Positions 56,593 to 64,000 of a DNA stretch of 64,000 nt are shown in pieces. How positions within the stretch are numbered: position 1 is the stretch's first letter; the number at the start of each line of letters is the position of its first letter. Source of the stretch: Terriglobia bacterium (GTDB lineage: Bacteria > Acidobacteriota > Polarisedimenticolia > Polarisedimenticolales > JAIQFR01); the NCBI GenBank assembly GCA_963748015.1, contig CAVVHE010000004.1:1024001-1088000 (forward strand), written 5' to 3'. Position numbers and translations under genes: made by a program. Below the pieces are notes generated by a model. That model searched no databases. It saw nothing but the letters and a program-made list of their open reading frames with translations, and was not told where the DNA came from.

Positions 56593-58407
56593 CTAGGTCG
56601 TTCGACGCCGGATTCCGGCCGTTTTGAGGGCCTCCGCGACCTTCTTCCCCGCGATCCCGGCGACCGCGTCGGGACCGGCCGAGAGGACCCCTTCGACGCT
56701 GCCGAACTCCAGGAGCAGCTTCTTCGCGATCGTGGGGCCGATCCCCGGCACGTCGAGGAGCGCCGAGCGGAGGGTCCGCCGGGAGCGCTTCTTGCGGTGG
56801 TGCGTCACCGCGAAGCGGTGGGCGTCGTCGCGGATCCTCTGGACGAGGTGGAGGGCCGGAGACGACCGGTCGAGGCGGACGGGCTCGCCCCGGCCCTCGA
56901 GCCAGATCTCCTCTTCCCGCTTCGCGAGGGCGATCACCGGCAGCATCGGGAGGCCGACCCCGGCCAGCGCCCGCACCGCCGCGCCGAGCTGCCCCTGGCC
57001 CCCGTCGATCAGCACGAGGTCGGGAAGGCGCCGGTCCTCGGCGAGGAGCCGGCGGTACCGGCGAGTGACCGCCTCGGCCATCGAGGCGAAATCGTCGGGC
57101 CCCGTGACCCCGCGGATGTTGAAGGTGCGGTAGTCGGACTTCTTCGGCTTGCCGCCTTCCCAGACGACCATCGAGGCCACCGAGTCGCTCCCCTGGATGT
57201 TCGAGATGTCGAAGCACTCGATCCTGAAGGGGGGCTCGTCGAGGCCGAGCGCCTCCGCGAGCGATTCCATCACTTCGACGCCGTGGACGTGCGGCGCGCG
57301 GAAGCGGCTCTCGAACGCCAGGGCCGCGTTCTTGCGGACGATCTCGAGAAAGCGTTTCTTGACGCCGCGCTCCGGCACGCGCAGCCGCACCCGCCCGCCG
57401 CGCCGCTCGGAGAGCCAGCGCTCCATCAGCGCGGCGTCGGCGGGAGGATCGGGCACGTAGATCTCCGGGGGCGGCGCGGCCTCGGCGTAGTACTGCGCGA
57501 GGACCGTCGCGTAGAACGACTCCGGCTCGAAATCGAGCCCGTCGAAGCCGAACTCCCGTCGCGACTGGACCTTCCCCTCCCGCATCTGGAAAAGCTCGAG
57601 CGCGACCTCGCCTCCCTCGCGGTGGTGGGCGAAGTAATCCTGCTCCTCGAGGCCGACGGACGCGATGTGCTGCCGCACCGAGAGGCGGCGGACCGTCGCC
57701 AGGGTGTCGCGGTGGCGCGCGGCCTTCTCGTACTCCTCGGCCTCCGACGCCTGCCGCATCTTCGACCCGAGCGCCGCCTCGAGATCGCGGTGGCGGCCCT
57801 CGAGGAACATCCGCACGTCGTCCACCGCCCGGCGGTACTCGTCCGGAGACGTCTTGCCCGCGCACGGCGCCAAGCACTGGTCGAGGTGGTAGTAGAGGCA
57901 AGGTCGCCGCTTCCCGTCGAAGATCTCGGCGCACGTCGCCACGCGGAAATCGCGCTGGACCAGCTTCAACGAGCGCCGCGCGCCGGAGGCGGGAATGAAC
58001 GGCCCCGCGTAGAGGCTCCCGTCGAGCCGGGGCCGGCGCACGAGCGAGACGCGCGGATACTCGTCGGCGAGCGAGAGCTTGAGGTACGGGAAGCTCTTGT
58101 CGTCGCGCAGGACGACGTTGAACGGCGGCCTCTCGCGCTTGATGAGGTTCGCCTCGAGCAGGATCGCCTCCGTCTCGGTGTCCACCACGATGATCTCGAG
58201 GTCGAGAACCTCCGAGACGAGGCGCTCCACCCTCGGCGGGTGCTGGGCCGAGGGCTGGAAGTACGATCGCACCCGGCTCCTCAGGGACTTCGCCTTCCCG
58301 ACGTAGAGGAGCTCGCCGCGCCCGTTGCGATAGAGATAGACCCCCGGCCGGTCGGGGAGCGCGTCGAGCTTCGCGCGGAGCGCGGGATGGGGGAAGGCCT
58401 CGTCCAA
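56593..58407 (-). CDS. uvrC: Excinuclease ABC subunit C
   Basis: GIY-YIG PGVYL...YVGKAKSLRSRV, RIECFDISNIQG, PDLVLIDGGQGQ, HhH VPGIG. Confidence 0.97.
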   Translation of the reverse strand: MDEAFPHPALRAKLDALPDRPGVYLYRNGRGELLYVGKAKSLRSRVRSYFQPSAQHPPRVERLVSEVLDLEIIVVDTETEAILLEANLIKRERPPFNVVLRDDKSFPYLKLSLADEYPRVSLVRRPRLDGSLYAGPFIPASGARRSLKLVQRDFRVATCAEIFDGKRRPCLYYHLDQCLAPCAGKTSPDEYRRAVDDVRMFLEGRHRDLEAALGSKMRQASEAEEYEKAARHRDTLATVRRLSVRQHIASVGLEEQDYFAHHREGGEVALELFQMREGKVQSRREFGFDGLDFEPESFYATVLAQYYAEAAPPPEIYVPDPPADAALMERWLSERRGGRVRLRVPERGVKKRFLEIVRKNAALAFESRFRAPHVHGVEVMESLAEALGLDEPPFRIECFDISNIQGSDSVASMVVWEGGKPKKSDYRTFNIRGVTGPDDFASMAEAVTRRYRRLLAEDRRLPDLVLIDGGQGQLGAAVRALAGVGLPMLPVIALAKREEEIWLEGRGEPVRLDRSSPALHLVQRIRDDAHRFAVTHHRKKRSRRTLRSALLDVPGIGPTIAKKLLLEFGSVEGVLSAGPDAVAGIAGKKVAEALKTAGIRRRTT

Positions 58408-58416
58408 AGGCGCTCC

Positions 58417-59253
58417 CTATCGGGCGAACCCCTTCAGCAGATCCACGAACGACGGCTCGAGGGCGAAGGTGAGCACCGCGCTGGGGACCTCCGCGGCGAG
58501 CTTCTCGACCACCGCGGCGACGCGAGGGTCGGCGGCGACGAGCTCGGCGATGAAGGTCAGGTTCGAGAGGAGCCGGGTCTTGATCGCGAGCGCCGGCGCG
58601 GGACGCAGGGACGGGGAGGCGCCCTTCTCCGGAAGGAGAATTCCCGCGAGCGGCCACCGGCCCGGAGGGCACGCGGACGGGTGCGTCGAGCGAAACGGCG
58701 AGCCGAGCAGCTCGGCGCCGCCGCTCGCGCCGTCCACGAGCACCAGATCGTCGCTCACCACCAGGGCGCCGCGCGTCTCCGCGAGCGCCGCGGCGGTGCT
58801 CTTCCCCGCCCCGCTCGCACCGGGCAGCACGAAGCCCCGTCCGTCCAGCACGATCCCGGCCGCGTGGATCACGGCCCCGTTTCTCGATGGCAGGAGAAAC
58901 GCCATCGCCGCGCGGACGAAGTTCTGCAGCGCGTAACGGCGGACGGGTTCCGTCCCCGGCGCGAGGTGCACGGTCGCGTGGCCGGCCAGCTCCACGCGGC
59001 AGGTCCCGCGGGAGGTGCCGTAGGTCGCGCTCGTCCCCTCGAACGACAGGCTCATCCCCTTGGGAGCCTCCGCTCGATCCTCGGCGGCGGGCCGGTCCTC
59101 GAGGACGCGAATCGAGAGGAGGGGCGCGACGATCTCCGAAGCGCGGTATGCCGCCCAGGCATGCGATATTCCCTCGAACTCCTCGCGGGCCGCCACGCCC
59201 TCGAGAACGACGCCGAGCCCCGAGAAGTCGAATTCCACCCGGGGCGAGCTCAT
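58417..59253 (-). CDS. HprK-related/ScmC-like P-loop protein (copy 1)
   Basis: IHAAGI...GASGAGKST...VSDDL...GSPF. Confidence 0.75.
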   Translation of the reverse strand: MSSPRVEFDFSGLGVVLEGVAAREEFEGISHAWAAYRASEIVAPLLSIRVLEDRPAAEDRAEAPKGMSLSFEGTSATYGTSRGTCRVELAGHATVHLAPGTEPVRRYALQNFVRAAMAFLLPSRNGAVIHAAGIVLDGRGFVLPGASGAGKSTAAALAETRGALVVSDDLVLVDGASGGAELLGSPFRSTHPSACPPGRWPLAGILLPEKGASPSLRPAPALAIKTRLLSNLTFIAELVAADPRVAAVVEKLAAEVPSAVLTFALEPSFVDLLKGFAR

Positions 59254-59314
59254 GCGATTCTCTCCCGGCGAACCCGGGCGCAACGGAGGAGGACTCGCGC
59301 CGGCGTCGGACCGG

Positions 59315-60259
59315 TCAAAGCCCAGCCCTCTCGATGGCATCCCAGTACGAGTCGTCCATCCTGAAATGGAGGTGCGCCAGGGGAATTCCGTCGAACGCGC
59401 GCTCGATCCGCTCGAAGAGATCGGGGCGGCGAGCGAATGCCTCGGCGACGAACGGGAGGTTCCCGACCAGCTCGCCGAGCGCGCGCACTCGCGATATCTC
59501 GCGGACCGCCGCCTCGTTGTCCTTCACGATCCGGAACCCGGCCGCGAGCGGGAAGCGGCCGATGACCGGCTCCCCGCCTTCGTAGGTTCCGCGGAAAGGG
59601 CTCCCGACCAGGTCGAGCCTCCCGCCCTCGCCGGGGAGCAGCAGCGACAGGTCGTCGCTCACCACCCTCGCCCGCCGGCTACAGGCCGACAGCGTGGACT
59701 TTCCCGCCCCCGACTCGCCGAAGAACAGATAGGCGCGACCGTTGCGGACCGCGCCCGCGGCGTGGACCAGCGCCCCGCCGCGGCTCGCGGCCTGCCAGGC
59801 GACCGCCGCGCGGACGTAGTTCTCGATCGCGCGCAGCTCAGGATCGTAGGTCCCACCGGCAAGGAGCATCAACCCCTCGCCCTCCAGCGTGTCGAACCAG
59901 CCGGCGAGCCGGTAGCCGAGGAAGCGGACCCGGGTGCCGTCGATCTCGATGAACACCGGGTTGAACTCGGGCTCGTCCGGCGGCTCGATGAAGTACTCGC
60001 GGTCCTCCAGGGCCAGTCGGACGCGCAGAGCGCCCTTCCCGATCCGAGGCTCGCCGACGTAGGATCCGTAGCGCTGGCGGAGGATCGCGTCGAGACGGTC
60101 GTCGAGCCCGCCGATCTCGATCCTGAGCGGGCCCAGCTCGAGAGCCATCGCCCGGGAGCCGGCCGGCGGGCGGGGCTCCGCGAAGTAGTCCATGGGGAGC
60201 GGCTTCCCTCGGCGCGACGGGTAGGTGCCCGCCTTCGAAGTCCGGTGTTCCGTCGTCAT
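59315..60259 (-). CDS. HprK-related/ScmC-like P-loop protein (copy 2)
   Basis: VHAAGA...FGESGAGKST...VSDDL...GSPFRG...LHF. Confidence 0.78.
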   Translation of the reverse strand: MTTEHRTSKAGTYPSRRGKPLPMDYFAEPRPPAGSRAMALELGPLRIEIGGLDDRLDAILRQRYGSYVGEPRIGKGALRVRLALEDREYFIEPPDEPEFNPVFIEIDGTRVRFLGYRLAGWFDTLEGEGLMLLAGGTYDPELRAIENYVRAAVAWQAASRGGALVHAAGAVRNGRAYLFFGESGAGKSTLSACSRRARVVSDDLSLLLPGEGGRLDLVGSPFRGTYEGGEPVIGRFPLAAGFRIVKDNEAAVREISRVRALGELVGNLPFVAEAFARRPDLFERIERAFDGIPLAHLHFRMDDSYWDAIERAGL

Positions 60260-61386
60260 CCGTCCCTCCCCTCCCCGGGCCGCGCGACTCGGATATGGCC
60301 CCCGTCCCAATCCCGCCCCGACAAGCCCGCCGACTCGATCTCGGCGAGCAGCGCGCGTCGGGTGAAGTAGCGCACGAACGAGCGCTTCATCGTTCCCCCG
60401 AGAGAGATCCAGCGGGAATGGCTCGAACCCCATTCCCCCTTCGGCGATCCCGCGCGACGGGCGAGCTGCAGGGTCAAGATAAACCTTTGGTAGGACGTTT
60501 TCACCCTGCGAACCCCGAGGAAGACCGACCCGTCCGGCTCGAGCCAGCGCTCGATCCGGCGAAGCAGGTCGATTCTCTCCCCCTCCGAGGGAATGAAGCT
60601 GTACACGTCGTAGGTGAAGAACACCGCGGAGAGCCCGCCGGCGGGCTCGTCGTGCGTCCTCAGGTCGCCCAGCACGAATTCCACGGACAGGCGAAGCTCC
60701 GACGCGGCGCGCCGGGACGCCTCGACCATCGCGGGAGCGTAGTCGAGCCCCCGGACTCGATATCCGTCCCGAGCGAGCCCGAAGGCCTCGTGACCCGCGC
60801 CGCTCCCCGCGACGAGGATCGTGCCCCCGCGCCGCACCGCCGAGCGCATGCGCTCGGAAAGGCGGGGCTCCCAGACGGGGACCTGCAGCCGCGCGTAGTA
60901 CGGCGCCTGCTCCTGGTACTTCTCCCGGACCGTGTCGGCCGGATCCGCCGACGCATCGACCCCCTCGCGCACGGCTTCCGCGAGGTCGAGGAAGAGCCGC
61001 CTCATCGCGGCGATGGGCCGGGGAACGGGAACGCTCTCGACCGCGACGCGTCCGAGCACCGCATCCTCGCCGACCTCGGCGCGCTCGCCCGGGTCCGAGT
61101 CTCCCGCGAGCACGAGCGACCCGGAGCGGACCCGCTCGACGCGCAGCACGTCGGGCACCCCCCCGGGCCAGGCCAGCACCACGTCGCCGCGCGCGATCCC
61201 GCGCGCGCCGCCCGGCTTCACCGCGATCCTCTGGCCGTGCGAGATCGCGGGCCACATCCGGTCGCCGACGTACGTCGTCTCGAGCCTGGACGCGCCGCGC
61301 GCCAGAAGGCGGAGGAGCGACGGCGTGGCGTACACCGGCGGGTCGACCAGGATCACCGCCGACAGCGGGTGAAAGAACGAGGTCAC
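60256..61386 (-). CDS. Degenerate S24/S26-peptidase-like domain fused to a class I SAM-dependent methyltransferase
   Basis: [14 protein letters not shown]...RGDVV...LAGD...VLGRV, then [25 protein letters not shown]. Overlaps both neighbours by 4 nt. Confidence 0.7.
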   Translation of the reverse strand: MTSFFHPLSAVILVDPPVYATPSLLRLLARGASRLETTYVGDRMWPAISHGQRIAVKPGGARGIARGDVVLAWPGGVPDVLRVERVRSGSLVLAGDSDPGERAEVGEDAVLGRVAVESVPVPRPIAAMRRLFLDLAEAVREGVDASADPADTVREKYQEQAPYYARLQVPVWEPRLSERMRSAVRRGGTILVAGSGAGHEAFGLARDGYRVRGLDYAPAMVEASRRAASELRLSVEFVLGDLRTHDEPAGGLSAVFFTYDVYSFIPSEGERIDLLRRIERWLEPDGSVFLGVRRVKTSYQRFILTLQLARRAGSPKGEWGSSHSRWISLGGTMKRSFVRYFTRRALLAEIESAGLSGRDWDGGHIRVARPGEGRDG

Positions 61387-63383
61387 AGCAGGGCCGCTTT
61401 CTCGCGGAGGTACCGGATGCGGTCCCGGTGGGCCGCGGCGGCCTCGAAGTCGAGATCGTCGGCCGCGCGCCGCATCTCGGAGGCGAGCCGGGCGATCTCG
61501 GCCTCGAGGGCGGCGACGTCCTCGAACACCTCCTCGCCGTCCTCCTCCTCGAGCGGCACGGTGGAGTAGTCGGCCGCGAGGGGTGTGCCCAGGATCTCGT
61601 CCACGGCGCGCCGGATCGTCTCGGGGGTGATCCCGTGCGCCGCGTTGTACTCCTCCTGCCTCGCGCGGCGGCGGGCCGTCTCGTCGAGCGCGACCCGCAT
61701 CGAGTCGGTGACCTTGTCGGCGTAGAGGATCGCGGTGCCGTTGACGTTCCGCGCGGCGCGGCCGATCGTCTGGATGAGCGAGCGCGCGGAGCGCAGGTAC
61801 CCCTCCTTGTCCGCGTCCAGGATCGCCACGAGCGAGACCTCGGGGAGGTCGAGCCCCTCGCGGAGGAGGTTCACGCCGACGAGCACGTCGTACTCCCCCC
61901 GTCTCAGGTCCCTCAGGATCTTGACGCGCTCGAGGGTCTCGACGTCCGAATGGAGGTATTCCACCCTCACCCCGAGCTCCTTGTAGTACTCGGTGAGGTC
62001 CTCGGCCATGCGCTTGGTCAGGGTCGTGACGAGGACGCGCTCTCCCCCCTCGACCCGCGCGCGGATCTCCGCGAGCAGGTCGTCCACTTGCCCGTCGATC
62101 GGGCGGACGATCACCCGGGGATCGAGGAGGCCCGTGGGGCGGACCACCTGCTCCACGATCTCTCCTCCCGCGCGCTCGAGCTCGTGGTTCGCGGGGGTGG
62201 CCGAGACGTAGATCGTCTGCGGCCGTCGTTGCTGGAACTCGTCGAAGGTCAGGGGGCGGTTGTCCACCGCGGACGGGAGCCGGAAGCCGAAATTCACCAG
62301 CGTCGTCTTGCGGGCGAGGTCGCCCTTGTACATCCCCTCGATCTGCGGCACGGTGACGTGGCTCTCGTCGATCACGAGGAGCGCGTCCTCGGGGAAGTAG
62401 TCCATCAGGGTCGGCGGGGGCTCTCCCTTCGCTCGGCCCGTGAGGTGGCGCGAGTAGTTCTCGATCCCGTGGCAGTAACCCACCTCGGTCATCATCTCGA
62501 GGTCGAACAGGGTGCGCTGCTCGAGGCGCTGGGCCTCCAGGAGCTTCCCTTCCTTTTCCAGGGCGGCGAGCCTCTCCTTGAGCTCCGCGCGGATCGCCGC
62601 GATCGCCCGGAGCAGGTCCTCCCGCGGCGTGACGTAGTGGCTGTTCGGGTACACGGGCGCGCGATCGAGCGCCTCCAGCGCCTTCCCCCGCACCGGGTCG
62701 ATCCTCGACACCTTCTGGACCTCGTCCCCCCACAACTCGATCCGCAGCGCGTCCTCGGCGTAGGCGGGCCAGATCTCGATCGTGTCCCCCCGGACCCGGA
62801 ACGCGCCGCGACGGAGGTCCGCGGGGGTCCTCTCGTACTGGATCTCGACCAGCTTCCGGATCGCGCGCTCGCGATCGAGGCGTCCGCCGCTCTCGACGAG
62901 GAGCATCATCCCGTGATAGGCCTCCGGCGACCCGAGGCCGTAGATGCACGAGACGCTCGCCACGATCAGCACGTCGCGCCGCTCGAAGAGCGCGCGCGTG
63001 GCCGAATGGCGCATCCGGTCGATCTCCTCGTTGATCGTCGCTTCCTTCTCGATGTAGGTGTCGGACTGCGGGACGTAGGCTTCCGGCTGGTAGTAGTCGT
63101 AGTACGAGACGAAGTACTCGACCGCGTTCTTGGGAAAGAGCCGCCGGAACTCCTGGTAGAGCTGCGCGGCGAGCGTCTTGTTGTGCGCCATGACCAGGGT
63201 CGTGCGGTTCGCCCGCGCGACCACGTTCGCGATCGTGAAGGTCTTGCCCGACCCGGTGACGCCGAGGAGCACCTGGTCCGTCCGCCCCTCGGCGACGCCG
63301 CGGGCGAGCTTCTCGATCGCCTCCGGCTGGTCCCCGGTCGGCTTGAAATCCGACACGATCTCGAACTTCGCCACCTTCGTCAC
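61383..63383 (-). CDS. uvrB: Excinuclease ABC subunit B
   Basis: [53 protein letters not shown], and a C-terminal UVR domain. Confidence 0.98.
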   Translation of the reverse strand: MTKVAKFEIVSDFKPTGDQPEAIEKLARGVAEGRTDQVLLGVTGSGKTFTIANVVARANRTTLVMAHNKTLAAQLYQEFRRLFPKNAVEYFVSYYDYYQPEAYVPQSDTYIEKEATINEEIDRMRHSATRALFERRDVLIVASVSCIYGLGSPEAYHGMMLLVESGGRLDRERAIRKLVEIQYERTPADLRRGAFRVRGDTIEIWPAYAEDALRIELWGDEVQKVSRIDPVRGKALEALDRAPVYPNSHYVTPREDLLRAIAAIRAELKERLAALEKEGKLLEAQRLEQRTLFDLEMMTEVGYCHGIENYSRHLTGRAKGEPPPTLMDYFPEDALLVIDESHVTVPQIEGMYKGDLARKTTLVNFGFRLPSAVDNRPLTFDEFQQRRPQTIYVSATPANHELERAGGEIVEQVVRPTGLLDPRVIVRPIDGQVDDLLAEIRARVEGGERVLVTTLTKRMAEDLTEYYKELGVRVEYLHSDVETLERVKILRDLRRGEYDVLVGVNLLREGLDLPEVSLVAILDADKEGYLRSARSLIQTIGRAARNVNGTAILYADKVTDSMRVALDETARRRARQEEYNAAHGITPETIRRAVDEILGTPLAADYSTVPLEEEDGEEVFEDVAALEAEIARLASEMRRAADDLDFEAAAAHRDRIRYLREKAALL

Positions 63384-63448
63384 GCTCCCTCGGCGATTCT
63401 ACCTTTCGCCTTCCGCGTTGTCAGGACGGGTGGTCGTGGCCGGGCAGC

Positions 63449-63601
63449 GGGCCGGAGGGCCAGGGACCGTACCTCGCCGGGCACGCTCGCCGGTTCGCGA
63501 TTCGCCGCGACGGCTCGCTCCGGTTTCGCTCGCGCCCGCCAAGGAAGGGCGGGCGCGGCGAAACAGGGCCCGGCGAGGTACGGTCCCTGGCCCTCCGGCC
63601 C
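63449..63601 (-). repeat. Structured three-way-junction intergenic element, copy B
   Basis: Perfect 34-bp closing stem (63449-63482 / 63568-63601) around the shared two-hairpin core. Confidence 0.85.
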
Positions 63602-63602
63602 T

Positions 63603-63752
63603 CGTGGCCCTCGCTGCGATCGGGTCCGAACGAAACGGCGTACAGCGGACGGCCGCGGCGGACGAGAGCAACGCTACTGCTCCAGCTCGCGCCTTCCGCC
63701 GCGACGTGGTGTGTACCACGCAGTTCCGCGCCGGGACCCGAATCGTGCCACG
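63603..63752. other. Multi-stem structured spacer between copies B and C
   Basis: Nested pairings: CGATCGGGTCC/GGACCCGAATCG, GCGGA/TCCGC, CGCGGCGGA/TCCGCCGCG, CGTGGT/ACCACG. Confidence 0.55.
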
Positions 63753-63916
63753 CGGCTCGCGCGATCCGGTCCGGGGCGCACCTCCCCGGGCCCTGTTTCG
63801 CCGCGCCTGCTATTCGATGGCAGGCGCGAGCGAAACCGGAGCGAGCCGGCGCGGAAGAACGCGCAACGGCGAGCGTGCCCGGGGAGGTGCGCCCCGGACC
63901 GGATCGCGCGAGCCGC
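63752..63916 (+). repeat. Structured three-way-junction intergenic element, copy C (inverted relative to B)
   Basis: Perfect 40-bp closing stem (63752-63791 / 63877-63916) around the shared core. Confidence 0.85.
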
Positions 63917-64000
63917 CCCCGCACCAACCCCCGCGCCGAGCGCCGGGCACGAGCACCCCGGTTTGCCGAACTCGGGCCCGCTGGTACTCTCTAGCGGGAG

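Noticed and set aside
63384..63448. LexA/SOS box upstream of uvrB
   Set aside because: No palindrome matching an SOS box I know could be identified.
63449..63916. CRISPR array, integron attC sites or an IS element
   Set aside because: No regularly spaced direct repeats, no RYYYAAC/GTTRRRY ends, and no cas, integrase or transposase gene in the window.
63399..63927. ORFs 63399-63719 and 63421-63927 as proteins
   Set aside because: Arg/Pro/Ala-rich translations of palindromic DNA with no recognisable motif.

Overview
Very GC-rich bacterial chromosome window. The gene mix suggests Acidobacteriota (inference). Frequent single-base frameshifts, densest at about 28.5-37.7 kb, look like long-read indel errors. 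Housekeeping genes (MoxR ATPase, trxA, rsmA, rnj, ftsK, rnc, ispA-like, uvrC, uvrB) are interleaved with many cell-envelope modification genes: five TMTC-like GT-C/TPR proteins, three other GT-C proteins, a GT2, three membrane/spermidine-synthase-like fusions and three alkaline-phosphatase/sulfatase-superfamily proteins. Two observations stand out. (1) A candidate RiPP system: PqqD/RRE - radical SAM - a 37-aa precursor-like ORF missing from the ORF track (47913-48026, MKKSYERPAIVHTEKLEARALACSKADASCGAGPIQS) - a 1431-aa secreted C25 protease/FN3 protein. Possible tailoring genes (two HprK-like P-loop proteins and a degenerate S24/S26-methyltransferase fusion) lie about 9 kb away between uvrB and uvrC. 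(2) A dispersed intergenic three-way-junction element in three copies (13565-13726, 63449-63601, 63752-63916), with conserved junctions, covarying stems and 34-40 bp closing stems. Further orphan structured intergenic elements occur at about 14.9 kb, 56.5 kb and 63.6 kb. No rRNA, tRNA, CRISPR array or transposase was recognised.
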